From Malacoraja senta (lineage: Eukaryota): a stretch of DNA of 64,000 nt. The stretch spans positions 10,046,001 through 10,110,000 of the forward strand of contig CM075994.1 of assembly GCA_038087875.1 (NCBI GenBank), given 5' to 3'. This document shows, one piece after another, positions 49,867 through 61,964 of the stretch. The first letter of the stretch is position 1; each line of letters begins with the position of its first letter. A program made the position numbers and the translations under genes. The notes below the pieces were generated by a model, which made no database searches, had not been told where the DNA came from, and saw only the letters and a program-made list of their open reading frames with translations.

Positions 49867-51483
49867 CAGTGGCTTGCAAAAGTATTCATACCCCTTGAAC
49901 TTTTCCACATTTTGTCACGTTACAACCACAAACGTAAATGTATTTTATTGGGATTTTATGTGATAGACCAACACAAAGTGGCGCATAATTGTGAAGTGGA
50001 AGGGAAATGATACATGGTTTTCAAATTTGTTTACAAATATAAAACTGAAAAGTGTCGCGTGCAAAAGTATTCAGCCCCCTTTACTCTGATACCCCTGAAT
50101 AAAATCCAGTGCAACCAATTGCCTTCAGAAGTCACCTAATTAGTAAATAGAGTCCACTTGTGTGTAATCTAATCTCAGTATAAATACATCTGTTCTGTGA
50201 AGGCCTCAGAGGTTTGTTAGAGAACATTAGTGAACAAACAGCATCATGAAGCCCAAGGAACACACCAGACAGGTCAGGGATAAAGTTGTGGAGAAGTTTA
50301 AAGCAGGGTTAGGTTATAAAAAAATATCCCAAGCTTTGAACATCTCACGGAGCACTGTTCAATCCATCATCCGAAAAAGGAAAGAGTATGGCACAACTGC
50401 AAACCTACCAAGATATGGCCGTCCACCTAAACTGACAGGCCGGGCAAGGAGAGCATTGATCAGAGAAACAGCCAAGAGGCCCATGGTAACTCTGGAGGAG
50501 CTGCAGAGATCCACAGCTCAGGTGGGAGAATCTGTACACAGGACAACTATTAGTCGTGCACTCCACAAATCGGGCCTTTATGGAAGAGTGGCAAGAAGAA
50601 AGCCATTGTTGAAAATAAGCCATAAGAAGTCCCGTTTGCAGTTTGCCACAAGCCATGTGGGGGACACAGCAAACATGTGGAGGAAGGTGCACTGGTCAGA
50701 TGAGACCAAAATTGAAGTTTTTGGCCTAAATGCAAAATGCTATGTGTGGCAGAAACCTAACACTGCACGTCACCCTGAACACACCATCCTCACTGTGAAA
50801 CATGGTGGTGGCAGCATCATGCTGTGGGGATGCTTTTCTTCAGCAGGGACAGGGAAGCTGGTCAGAGTTGATGGGAAGATGGATGGAGCCAAATACAGGG
50901 CAATCATTGACGAAAACCTGTTAGAGTCTGCAAAAGACTTGAGACTGGGGCAGAGGTTCACCTTCCAGCAGGACAACGACCCTAAACATATAGCCAGAGC
51001 TACAATGGAATGGTTTAGATCAAAGCATATTCATGTGTTAGAATGGCCCAGTCAAAGTCCAGACCTAAATCCAATTGTGAATCTCTGGCAAGACTTGAAA
51101 ATTGCTGTTCACAGACGCTCTCCATCCAATCTGCCTGAGCTTGAGCTATTTTGCAAAGAAGAATGGGCAAATATTTCAGTCTCTAGATGTGCAAAGCTGG
51201 TAGAGACATACCCCAAAAGACTTGCAGCTGTAATTGCAGCGAAATGTGGTTCTACAAAGTATTGACTCAGGGGGGTTGAATACTTTTGCACGCGACACTT
51301 TTCAGTTTTTTATTTGTAAAAAAATTTGAAAACCATGTATCATTTCCCTTCCACTTCACAATTATGCGCCACTTTGTGTTGGTCTATCACATAAAATCCC
51401 AATAAAATACATTTACGTTTGTGGTTGTAACGTGACAAAATGTGGAAGAGTTCAAGGGGTATGAATACTTTTGCAAGCCACTG
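49867..51483 (+). mobile_element. Tc1 transposon copy B, 1617 bp, TA TSD
   Basis: Same TIRs as copy A. Confidence 0.96.
50246..51265 (+). CDS. Tc1 transposase (339 aa), catalytic Glu replaced by Val
   Basis: WSDETK, QQDNDPKH, SPDLNPIV. Confidence 0.93.
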   Translation: MKPKEHTRQVRDKVVEKFKAGLGYKKISQALNISRSTVQSIIRKRKEYGTTANLPRYGRPPKLTGRARRALIRETAKRPMVTLEELQRSTAQVGESVHRTTISRALHKSGLYGRVARRKPLLKISHKKSRLQFATSHVGDTANMWRKVHWSDETKIEVFGLNAKCYVWQKPNTARHPEHTILTVKHGGGSIMLWGCFSSAGTGKLVRVDGKMDGAKYRAIIDENLLESAKDLRLGQRFTFQQDNDPKHIARATMEWFRSKHIHVLEWPSQSPDLNPIVNLWQDLKIAVHRRSPSNLPELELFCKEEWANISVSRCAKLVETYPKRLAAVIAAKCGSTKY

Positions 51484-51785
51484 TATGTGTGTGTGTGTAG
51501 ATATATATATGTGTGTGTAGATATATGTATATATGTGTGTAGATATATGTGTGTGTGTATAGATATACATATATATATATGTGTAGATATATGTGTGTGT
51601 GTGTAGATATATATATGTGTGTGTGTAGATATATGTATATATGTGTGTAGATATATGTGTGTGTTTAGATATATATATATGTGTAGATATATGTGTGTGT
51701 AGATATATATGTGTGTGTGTAGATATATATATATGTTTGTAGATATATATGTGTGTGTGTAGATATATATGTGTGTGTAGATATA

Positions 51786-51817
<32 letters not shown>

Positions 51818-52441
51818 TATATGTGTGTAGATATATATGTGTGTGTAGATATATGTGTGTGTGTGTGTAGATATATATGTGTGTGTATAGATATGTGTGT
51901 GTATTGATATATATATATAGATATATGTGTGTAGATATATATGTGTGTGTGTGGATATATAGGTGTGTGTATAGATATAGATATATATATATGTGTATAT
52001 ATATGTGTGTGTGTGTGGATATATATGTGTGTGTGTGTGTAGATATGTGTGTGTGTTGATATACATGTGTGTGTAGATATATATGTGTGTGTTGATATAC
52101 ATGTGTGTGTAGATATATATGTGTGTAGATATATATGTGTGTAGATATATGTGCGTGTAGATATATGTGTCTGTAGATATATATGTGTGTAATATGTGTG
52201 TGTAGATATATGTGTGTGTGTGAGGATATATGTGTGTAGATATGTGTGTAGATATATGTGTGTGTAGATATATGTGTGGGTATATATGTGTAGATGTGTG
52301 TAGATATGTGTATAGATATATGTTCGTAGATATATGTGTGTAGATATATATGTGCGTGTGTGTGTAGATTTTGTAGATATGTGTGTAGATATGTGCGTAG
52401 ATATATGTGCATATATATGTGTGTGTGTGTGTGTGGATATA

Positions 52442-54044
52442 CAGTGGCTTGCAAAAGTCTTCATACCCCTTGAACTTTTCCACATTTTGTCACGTTACAA
52501 CCACAAACGTGAATGTATATGTGATAGACCAACACAAAGTGGTGCATAATTGTGAAGTGGAAGGAAAATGATAATTGGTTCTCAAATTTTTTTACAAATA
52601 AAAAACTGAAAAGTGTGGCGTGCAAAAGTATTCAGCCCCCCTGAGTCAATACTTTGTAGAACCACCTTTCGCTGCAATTACAGCTGCAAGTCTTTTGGGG
52701 TATGCGTCTACCAGCTTTGCACATCTAGAGACTGAAATTTTTGCCCATTCTTCTTTGCAAAATAGCTCAAGCTCAGTCAGATTGGATGGAGAGCATCTGT
52801 GAACAGCAATTTTCAAGTCTTGCCAGAGATTCTCAATTGGATTTAGGTCTGGACTTTGACTGGGCCATTCTAACGCATGAATATGCTTTGATCTAAACCA
52901 TCCCATTGTAGCTTTGGCTGTATGTTTAGGGTCGTTATCCTGCTGGAAGGTGAACCTCCGCCCCAGTCTCAAGTCTTTTGAAGACTCTAACAGGTTTTCT
53001 TCCAAGATTGCCCTGTATTTGGCTCCATCCATCTTCCCATCAACTCTGACCAGCTTCCCTGTCCCTGCTGAAGAAAAGAATCCCCACAGCATGATGCTGC
53101 CACCACCATGTTTCACAGTGGGGATGGTGTGTTCAGGGTGATGTGCAGTGTTAGGTTTCCGCCACACATAGCATTTTGCATTTAGGCCAAAAACTTCCAT
53201 TTTGGTCACATCTGACCAGAGCACCTTCCTCCACATGTTTGTTGTGTCCCCCACATGGCTTGTGGCAAACTGCAAACGGGACTTCTTATGGCTTTTTTTC
53301 AACAATGGCTTTCTTCTTGCCACTCTTCCATGAAGGCCCGATTTGTGGAGTGCACGACTAATAGTTGTCCTGTGGACAGATTCTCCCACCTGAGCTGTGG
53401 ATCTCTGCAGCTCCTCCAGATTTACCATGGGCCCCTTGGCTGCTTCTCTGATCAATGGTCTCCTTGCCCGGCCTGTCAGTTTAGGTGGACGGCCATGTCT
53501 TGGTAGGTTTGCAGTTGTGCCATACTCTTTCCATTTTCGGATGATGGATTGAACAGTGCTCCGTGAGATGTTCAAAGCTTGGGATATTTGTTTATAACCT
53601 AACCCTGCTTTAAACTTCTCCACAACTTTATCCCTGACCTGTCTGGTGTGTTCCTTGGGCTTCATGATGCTGTTTGTTCACTAATGTTCTCTAACAAACC
53701 TCTGAGGCCTTCACAGAACAGCTGTATTTATACTGAGATTAGATTACACACAAGTGGACTCTATTTACTAATTAGGTGACTTTTGAAGGCAATTGATTGC
53801 ACTGGATTTTATTTAGGGGTATCAGAGTAAAGGGGGCTGAATACCTTTGCACGCGACACTTTTCAGTTTTTTATTTGTAAAAACATTTGAAAACCATGTA
53901 TCATTTTCCTTCCACTTCACAATTATGCGCCATTTTGTGTTGGTCTATCACATAAAATCCCAATAAAATATATTTACGTTTGTGGTTGTAACGTGACAAA
54001 ATGTGGAAAAGTTCAAGGGGTACGAATACTTTTGCAAGCCACTA
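52442..54044 (-). mobile_element. Tc1 transposon copy C, 1603 bp (14-bp deletion in one TIR, altered terminal base)
   Basis: Same TIRs; deletion near 52517; ends ccacta instead of ccactg. Confidence 0.95.
52646..53665 (-). CDS. Tc1 transposase (339 aa), DD34E triad intact
   Basis: WSDVTK, QQDNDPKH, SPDLNPIE. Confidence 0.93.
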   Translation of the reverse strand: MKPKEHTRQVRDKVVEKFKAGLGYKQISQALNISRSTVQSIIRKWKEYGTTANLPRHGRPPKLTGRARRPLIREAAKGPMVNLEELQRSTAQVGESVHRTTISRALHKSGLHGRVARRKPLLKKSHKKSRLQFATSHVGDTTNMWRKVLWSDVTKMEVFGLNAKCYVWRKPNTAHHPEHTIPTVKHGGGSIMLWGFFSSAGTGKLVRVDGKMDGAKYRAILEENLLESSKDLRLGRRFTFQQDNDPKHTAKATMGWFRSKHIHALEWPSQSPDLNPIENLWQDLKIAVHRCSPSNLTELELFCKEEWAKISVSRCAKLVDAYPKRLAAVIAAKGGSTKY

Positions 54045-54068
54045 TATGTGTTTGTATGTAGATATATA

Positions 54069-54111
<43 letters not shown>

Positions 54112-54495
54112 AGATATGTGTGTGTGGATATTTGTGTGTGTGTAGATATATGTGTGTGTAGATATATATGTGTGTGAGTGTGTGAGAGAGAATGTGTGTA
54201 TGTGTGGATATGTGTGTAGATTTGCGTGGATATAAATGTGTGTCTGTGTGGATATATATAGATGTGTGTATATATTTGTGTATGTATGTTTATATTTATA
54301 TATGTGTATGTACAAATGTATTTTGTGTGTGTATGTATACTGTAGATATATGTTAGTGTATGTGTATGTATATATTTGTGTGTATGTATGTCTGTGTATG
54401 TTTCTGCGTATATATATACGTGTATATGTTTGTGTGTGTATAGATTTGTGTGTTAATACATGTGCGTTTGAGTTTGTATTTATTTATGTGTATAG

Positions 54496-54757
54496 GGAGG
54501 TTGCACGGCAGTCGAGGTCACGACCTGTGACCCTCACTGTTGCCACGCAACGTCTTCTGGAGTACACGCGCTGGGCCCGTCTTCTGTCTCAGCATCTGGA
54601 CTCCATGCTGACTGGTTCCCCACATCGCGGACCCCGGGCCGTCTGTCCCCGCGGCTGGGAGGGTGGTAGTCGGGTTGAGGGGGTCGGGCCGAGTCGTGGT
54701 GCCGGTGACTCTGGATGGGCGGAGGGACCAGACTGTCCCCAACTCTGCTGCAGCTGA
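54496..54757 (+). other. Candidate terminal coding exon of an unidentified gene
   Basis: Unique GC-rich island after tatag acceptor; open frame EVARQSRSRPVTLTVATQRLLEYTRWARLLSQHLDSML...stop; AATAAA at 55161. Confidence 0.35.
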
Positions 54758-56000
54758 CGGGGACGTCCCCGTGTGTCCGCTGCCTGGAGCCGCGGCCCCG
54801 CTCCATCCGGTCCTGTGTGTGTGAGCGCTGCCGACCCACAGCCCTATGTGTTTGTGTGTGTATCTGTTTGTGTGTGTGCACGCGTTTGTGCGTGTATGTG
54901 TGTGTGTGTGTGTATATGTGTTTGTGTGTGTATTTGTTTGGTTGTGTATCTATGTATGTGTGTCTGTGTGTGTATATATGTGTGTTTGCGTGTGTATGTG
55001 TGCGTGTGTTTGTGTATATGTGTACACATTTGTGTTTCATTGTCACATGTGCCAGAACCGAACGATAAAATTCATACTTGCAGCAGCACAAACAGAAATC
55101 TAAACATAGTACATGTAAAACTTATATTATACAACGCAAAAGTCCAATATTTATATAATTAATAAATATATAATAAATGTATGTATATATACATGTATAA
55201 AAAAAATATATATTTACTGCGGCGTTCTCATGTGATATATATGTAGTGTGTGCTTGTGTATATACGCATATATAGACATATATTGATGCACTATCATTGT
55301 CTATTTATTTGCCTGTTTGTTTTATATATTAGAACGCCGCTCATATATATGTAGCGTCGGGGTTTGTATGATAGTTTTGGTATACGGCTTGGGATAGTGG
55401 TAAATTGGCCCAAGTATATAGGATAGTGTGTAGTATGTAGCGTGGTGTAAGTGTGCTGGGATCGCTGGTCGGCGCGGACTCGATGGGCCGAAGGGCCTGT
55501 TTCCGGGTTGTGTCTCCATACTAAACTAAACTAAACTAGCTGTGGTCAATTGATTTAAACACAGTGTGCACACTTTCCCTGGCACTGCATTTAAGGGGTA
55601 AGCCATTTAGAACGGAGACGGGGAAACACTTCTTCACACAGAGAGTTGTGAGTTTGTGGAACTCTCTGCCTCAGAGGGCGGTGGAGGCCGGTTCTCTGGA
55701 TGCTTTCAAGAGAGAGCTAGATAGGACTCTTAAAGATAGCGGAGTCAGGGGATATGGGGAGAAGGCAGGAACGGGGTACTGATTGGGGATGATCAGCCAT
55801 GATCACATTGAATGGCGGTGCTGGCTCGAAGGGCCGATTGGCCTACTCCTGCACATATTGTCTATTGTCTATCGCACAGAACAGTAAAGGTTTAATATTC
55901 AGAATGCTGACTGGTTGAATTCATTTAATGGGACAATTTGCTGAATATGTAAATGCAGAATAAATAAGTCTGCAGGGGGGGGAAATCACAGCTAACACAT

Positions 56001-56006
56001 TTTATT
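56001..56006 (-). terminator. Probable HSP70 polyadenylation signal
   Basis: AATAAA on the minus strand 200 nt after the stop. Confidence 0.65.
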
Positions 56007-56206
56007 GACATCATTCCTACATCCAATGGAGAATGAACCTAACTCAATGATTATTATCCTAACAGCAACTCCATGGATTTACAAATTCTCTGAAACACTG
56101 CCTCTTTGTGGCAAGGATGGGAAAGGGGGCAGGTGTGATGCCCAAACAAATGTTTTCTTGCCACTCTAGGTAGTCCAGTGATTCGTCAGTGGGCAGCGTC
56201 AAAGGT

Positions 56207-58126
56207 TTAATCAACTTCTTCGATGGTTGGGCCGCCGGCTGCGTTCTTTCCCATCTGCCCGGCGAAGGAGCCCTCGGGCATGCCCCCATGGTAGAGCTTG
56301 CTGATAATCGGGTTGCAAATCTTCTCCAGGTCTTTCAGCTGCTGTTCGTATTCATCCTTCTCTGCCGTCTGGTTGGACTCCAGCCAGGATATGGTCTGGT
56401 TGCACTTCTCCACCACCTTGTTCTTGTCTTCATCGCCGACCTTGCCCCGCACCTTCTCGTCCTCCACCGAGCTCTTCATGTTGAACGCGCGGGACTCCAG
56501 GGAGTTCTTGGCCGCGATCCGCTCTCGTTGGCGCTCGTCTTGCCCTTTGTACTTTTCCGCCTCCTGCACCATCCTCTCGATCTCCTCCTTGCTCAGCCGG
56601 CCCTTGTCGTTGGTGATGGTGATCTTGCTCTCCTTGCCCGTGCTCTTGTCCACGGCGGACACGTTGAGGATGCCGTTGGCGTCGATGTCGAAGGTCACCT
56701 CGATCTGGGGCATTCCGCGCGGGGCAGGTGGGATGCCGCACAGATCGAACTTGCCCAGGAGGTTGTTGTCCTTGGTCATGGCCCTCTCGCCTTCGTACAC
56801 CTGGATGAGGACCCCGGGCTGGTTGTCAGAGTAGGTGGTGAAGATCTGGGTCTGCTTGGTGGGAATGGTGGTGTTCCTCTTGATGAGGGTGGTCATGACA
56901 CCGCCCGCCGTCTCCAGACCCAACGACAGTGGGGTGACATCCAGGAGGAGCAGATCCTGGACGTTCTCCGACTTGTCCCCCATCAGAATGGCCGCTTGGA
57001 CAGCCGCCCCGTAGGCCACCGCCTCGTCAGGGTTGATGCTCTTGTTCAGCTCCCTGCCGTTGAAGAAATCTTGCAGCAGCTTCTGGATCTTGGGGATGCG
57101 GGTGGAGCCGCCGACCAGGACAATGTCGTGAACTTTTGACTTATCCAACTTGGCATCTTTAAGAGCCTTCTCCACCGGCTCCAATGTGCCTCGGAATAAA
57201 TCGGTATTTAGCTCTTCCAATCGAGCCCTGGTGATTGAGGTGTAGAAGTCAATGCCCTCGAACAGAGAATCGATTTCCACACTGGCCTGGGTGCTGGAAG
57301 ACAGGGTTCTCTTTGCTCTCTCGCAGGCTGTCCGCAGCCTCCTCACCGCCCTCTTGTTCGGGCTAATGTCCTTCCTGAATTTCCGCTTGAACTCCTCAAT
57401 GAAGTGGTTGACCATGCGATTGTCAAAGTCCTCTCCACCCAGGTGGGTGTCGCCGGCTGTGGACTTCACTTCAAAGATACCGTCGTCGATGGTGAGGATG
57501 GACACGTCGAAGGTGCCGCCACCCAGGTCAAAGATGAGGACATTGCGCTCTCCACTGCCCTTCTTGTCCAGGCCGTAGGCAATGGCACCTGCAGTTGGTT
57601 CGTTGATGATGCGCAGGACATTGAGACCAGCGATCACGCCGGCATCTTTGGTTGCCTGCCGCTGGGAGTCATTGAAGTAAGCGGGCACGGTGATAACGGC
57701 GTTGGTGACATTGTAGCCCAGGTAAGCCTCGGCCACCTCCTTCATCTTGGTCAGCACCATGGAGGAGATCTCCTCCGGGTAGAAGGTTTTATTCTCCCCC
57801 TTGTACTCTACCTTCACCTTGGGCTTCCCAGCGTCGCTCACCACCTGGAAGGGCCAGTGCTTCATGTCGGACTGGACCACGGGGTCGTCGAACCTCCTCC
57901 CGATGAGCCTCTTGGCGTCGAAGACGGTGTTGGACGGGTTCATGGCCACCTGGTTCTTGGCCGCGTCGCCGATGAGCCTCTCGGTGTCGTTGAAGGCCAC
58001 GTAGCTGGGGGTGGTGCGGTTGCCCTGGTCGTTGGCGATGATCTCCACCTTGCCATGCTGGAAGACGCCGACGCAGGAGTAGGTGGTGCCCAGGTCGATG
58101 CCAATGGCTGTTCCCTTGGCTGCCAT
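56207..58126 (-). CDS. HSP70: Cytosolic HSP70 (HSPA1/HSPA2-like), intronless, 639 aa
   Basis: [22 protein letters not shown] and [14 protein letters not shown] signatures; ends GPTIEEVD. Confidence 0.98.
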   Translation of the reverse strand: MAAKGTAIGIDLGTTYSCVGVFQHGKVEIIANDQGNRTTPSYVAFNDTERLIGDAAKNQVAMNPSNTVFDAKRLIGRRFDDPVVQSDMKHWPFQVVSDAGKPKVKVEYKGENKTFYPEEISSMVLTKMKEVAEAYLGYNVTNAVITVPAYFNDSQRQATKDAGVIAGLNVLRIINEPTAGAIAYGLDKKGSGERNVLIFDLGGGTFDVSILTIDDGIFEVKSTAGDTHLGGEDFDNRMVNHFIEEFKRKFRKDISPNKRAVRRLRTACERAKRTLSSSTQASVEIDSLFEGIDFYTSITRARLEELNTDLFRGTLEPVEKALKDAKLDKSKVHDIVLVGGSTRIPKIQKLLQDFFNGRELNKSINPDEAVAYGAAVQAAILMGDKSENVQDLLLLDVTPLSLGLETAGGVMTTLIKRNTTIPTKQTQIFTTYSDNQPGVLIQVYEGERAMTKDNNLLGKFDLCGIPPAPRGMPQIEVTFDIDANGILNVSAVDKSTGKESKITITNDKGRLSKEEIERMVQEAEKYKGQDERQRERIAAKNSLESRAFNMKSSVEDEKVRGKVGDEDKNKVVEKCNQTISWLESNQTAEKDEYEQQLKDLEKICNPIISKLYHGGMPEGSFAGQMGKNAAGGPTIEEVD

Positions 58127-58244
58127 TGTTGAGTCCCACCCACGCCTCTGAAACGGTGGACTACTAGCCCGCTGGCCGATCTACCCACCTGCACCTCCCC
58201 AACTCTCCTTTCCGCTCTGCCGCGCCTTCTCGCCTCAAGCCCCT

Positions 58245-58432
58245 TATTTATACCTTCGCGCTCCTGAGCCCAGGCGTCTGATTGACCGCGGCGCCTGCCA
58301 ATGGGGGGCGCAGGTCCAGCGAGGGGGGCGGGACAATCGTCGTTGACGTCACGTGTCCTCTGTGACGTCACCCGGGGACAATCGTCGTTGACGTCACGAG
58401 TCCTCTGTGACGTCACCCGCCCTATGACGTCA
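58245..58432 (-). promoter_or_regulatory. HSP70 promoter: TATA, CCAAT, GC box, five CRE palindromes
   Basis: TATAAATA 58245-58252; ccaat 58298-58302; TGACGTCA at 58344, 58363, 58389, 58408, 58425. Confidence 0.85.
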
Positions 58433-58714
58433 CCCTCCCACCCAACCACCCCTTGGAGATACAACGCGACCATGGAGGGGAATCCCAATTGAAATCCCAG
58501 GTCTACTCCGAAAACAGATCCGTTTTTTCAACTGTTGTTGGGCGAAACAAAACGCTGGCTTCAATGTGCGCGCATCATAATTGCTCTATGGTGACGTTCA
58601 TCTGTGTCTCACCCGTTGCCATGGATCCCCTTTGCATTTCCTGCATTGCTTCTCTGACCCCTCCCCTCCCCAATGTGTTGAACAAGTTCCCCTGAATGAA
58701 CTGGTAAACAAAGT

Positions 58715-59930
58715 TGGTAAAGTTGTTTAGGGCTCTGGTGAGACCACATCTGGAGTATTGTGCACAGTTTTGGTCTCCTAATTTGAGGAAGGTCATCCTT
58801 GTGATTGAGGCAGTGCAGCCCATGTTCACGAGATTGATCCCTGGGATGGCGGGACTGTCATATGAGAAAAGATTGAAAAGACTAGGCTTGTATTCACTGG
58901 AGTTCAGAAGGATGAGGGGGATCTTATAGAAACATATAAAATTATAGAAGGACTGGACAAGCTAGATGCAGGAAAAATGTTCCCAATGTTGGGCGAGTCC
59001 AGATCCAGGGGTCACAGTGTTAAAATAAAGGGGAGGCCATTTAAGACTGAGGTGAGAAAAAACGTTTTCACCCAGAGAGTTGTGAATTTGTGGAATTCCC
59101 TGCCACAGAGGGCAGTGGAGGCCAAATCACTGGATGGATTTAAGAGAGAGTTATATAGTGCTCTAGGGGCTAGTGAAATCAAAGGATATGGGGAGAAGGT
59201 AGGCACGGGTTATTGATTGGGGACGATCAGCCATGATCACAATGAATGGCGGTGCTGGTTCGAAGGGCCGAAGGGCCTCCTCCTGCACCTATTTTCCATG
59301 TTAACCCCATCGTTTATAAACGACCCCTCACAGAAGAGGAAATCTCACAAAAGCCGCTGCTGAATGGCGCTCTGCTAATGTCCACCCATCACTCTTATCC
59401 AGAAGGCAAAGCACTGGTGATGGGTCAGGAAGCATTCTTGCTATTGAGGTTCACTCGGTTAATTCCCGGGATGGCGGGACTGTCATATGCTGCGAGAATG
59501 GAGCGGCTGGGCGTCTACACTCTGGAGTTTAGAAGGATGGGAGGGGATCTTATTAAAACATATAAGATTATTAAGGGTTTGGAGACGCTAGAGGCAGGAA
59601 GCACATTCCGGATGTTGGGGGAGTCCAGAACCAGGGACAACAGTTTAAGAATAAGGGGTAAGCCATTTAGAACGGAGACGAAGAATCGCGTTTTCTCACA
59701 GAGAGTTGTGAGTCTGTGGAATTCTCTGCCTCGGAGGGCGGTGGAAGCCGGTTCTCTGAATAGTTTCAAGAGAGAGCTGGATAGGGCTCTTAAAGATAGC
59801 GGAGTCAGGGGATATGGGGAGAAGGCAGGAACGGGGTACTGATTGTGGATGATCAGCCATGATCACATTGAGTGGCGGTGCTGGCTCGAAGGGCCGAATG
59901 GCCTACTCCTGCACGTATTGTCTATTGTCT
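58715..59930 (+). mobile_element. Two CR1/HER1-type 3' fragments (58715-59300 and 59447-59930)
   Basis: ORF2 C-terminal peptide and conserved 3' UTR. Confidence 0.85.
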
Positions 59931-60361
59931 ATCTCTGCATGACTTGGGTAGGCGACCTTCTTCAGTCTGAATCGCTCAATGGACACATAAAAATTGCTCT
60001 ATCACTCTGTCCTCCACAAGATTCCAGCATCTGCGGCCTCTTGTGTCTAATGTCCGTGCCCATTGCTGATCTTTAATAATAGGAATAGAAGTAAGCTGGG
60101 TGCTTCTTCCAAACTTGATGTGCTCCAATAATATTATATCTCAATTTGAACTTCCTTGATTCATTTCCAATATATTACATTAAGGTGGATTCCATAAGTA
60201 CTTTGGGCCTCGAATCCACTTAACCACTGGGTATCCGCTTGCTTCTGGGGTTGTGTACTCACCAACTCTCGAAGCAGAGGAATTACTCCTGGCCCCATCC
60301 CTAAAGTTACCCCAGCTAAGCCCCCCTATGTACCATACACTGCTGCCAATAAATTAATCTT

Positions 60362-61145
60362 ACGTCATTTTCGCCACCTCCAACCTGACCCCACCACTCG
60401 CCACATCTTCCCATCTCCTCCCCTGTCCGCTTTCCGCAGAGACAGCTCCATCCGTAACTCCCTGGTCAATTCGTTCCTTCCCACCCAAACCATCCCCTCA
60501 CCTGGTACTTTCCCTTGCAACCGCAGGAAATGCTGCACTTGTCGCATTACCTCCCCCCTTGATTCCATCCAAGGACTCAAGCTGTCTTTCCAGGTGTGGT
60601 AGAGGTTCACCTGCACCTCCTCAAACGTCATCTATTGTATCCGCTGCTCTAGGTGTCAGCTGCTCTACATCGGTGAGACTAAGCGCAGGCTTGGCGATCG
60701 CTTCGCCCAACACCTCCGCTCACTTCGCAATAACCAACCTGATCTCCCGGTGGCTCAGCACTTCAACTCCCCCTCCCATTCCGAATCCGACCTTTCTGTC
60801 CTGGTCCTCCACCATGGCCAGAGTGAGCCCCGCCTCAAATTGGAGGAGCAGCACCTCATATTTCGCTTGGGTAATTTACACCCCAGCGGTATGAACATTG
60901 ACCTCCAATTTCAGGTAGTCCTTGCTTTCTCCCTCCTTCCCCTCCCCTTCCCAGCTCTCCCACAGCCCACTGTCTCCGCCTCTCCCGTTCTTCTTCCCGC
61001 ACCACCACCTCCACATCAGTCTGAAGATGGGTCTCGACCGAAACGTCACCTATTCCTTCACTCCATAGATACTGCCTCACCCGCTGAGCTTCACCAGCAT
61101 TTTTGTCCACCTTCGATTTTTCCGGCATCTGCAGTTCTTTCTCAA
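60362..61145 (+). mobile_element. Penelope-like fragment with GIY-YIG region and hammerhead-like end
   Basis: Homologous to 13300-13845 and 29135-29752; ctgaaga..gaaacgtc at 61021-61047. Confidence 0.82.
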
Positions 61146-61964
61146 ACAATAATCTCCCGTCATCTAGCATTTTAAATATCTGCGTGGTTAAATAACAACC
61201 TCTCGCCCTTCTAATCTCCAATGAATATTAGCCCGTTTTATTTACTTCCAGTTGCCCGGATCCAGGTGTGACCTCTGTTCCATCCTGGACCGATGTAGAA
61301 GGATGGATTCATTGGCGATACTTGCGAATGGGGATATCATTAACACGATAACATTTTTTACGGGATTGGCACCGGGGATGACTGGGTTAATGTATGATGC
61401 AGCCTGTATTGGCTGGAGTTCAGTGGGATGAGGGATGGACCTCATTGAAACTTACCGAGCAGTGAAAGAGTGGATGTGGAGAGGGTGTTCCACTAGTGGG
61501 AGAGCCTAGGACCAAGGGGATATGAGGAAGAATTTATTCAGCCAGAGGGTGCAGTTCATTGCCACTAACGGCATTATCTTCAGTTTCCTGTCCACCAATT
61601 TCAACGCAGGAGTAAGCGGATGTACAGTCTGAAAGCCACCACCTATTTTGCTCTAAGGATGCTCTATACAAAATGAACTAGAGCAGGTCACCCATGGGCG
61701 GAAATCCGGGGGGGGGGACGGGGCGACGCCCCCCATGTTTTGATAGCGATTTCCGCCCCTGATCCACCTCTCTCCAAATTGCCGCTGATTGGTCATAATT
61801 TTAATTGCCTTCCGAAGAAATTCTCGGGGAAATAATATCAAAGAGGGAAAAATGAAACAAAAAACGTAGGAAAGATCTTCAGATGCTGGTTTTCAACTGA
61901 AGATAGACACACAGTGCTGGAGTAACTCAGCGGGACAGGCAACATCTCTGGAGAGATGGAATAT

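Larger units (their letters stand above)
37648..54490. repeat. Interrupted compound microsatellite field, (GT)n-AGAT-(AT)n
   Basis: Blocks at about 37648-37720, 39431-40589, 42207-42395, 48739-48940, 49745-49866, 51484-52441 and 54045-54490, all in the same polarity. Confidence 0.93.

Noticed and set aside
39279..55162. Long His/Thr/Tyr/Ile-rich and Cys/Val-rich ORFs, including an apparent fusion to RT
   Set aside because: Translations of the GT/AT microsatellite
56189..58132. Long antisense ORFs over HSP70 (and over both H2B genes)
   Set aside because: Expected shadow ORFs from GC-rich codon usage
60257..60306. Possible small minus-strand exon (tttag...ttg|gtgagt) as an upstream HSP70 leader
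   Set aside because: Good donor but no pyrimidine tract at the acceptor, and HSP70 has its own proximal TATA promoter
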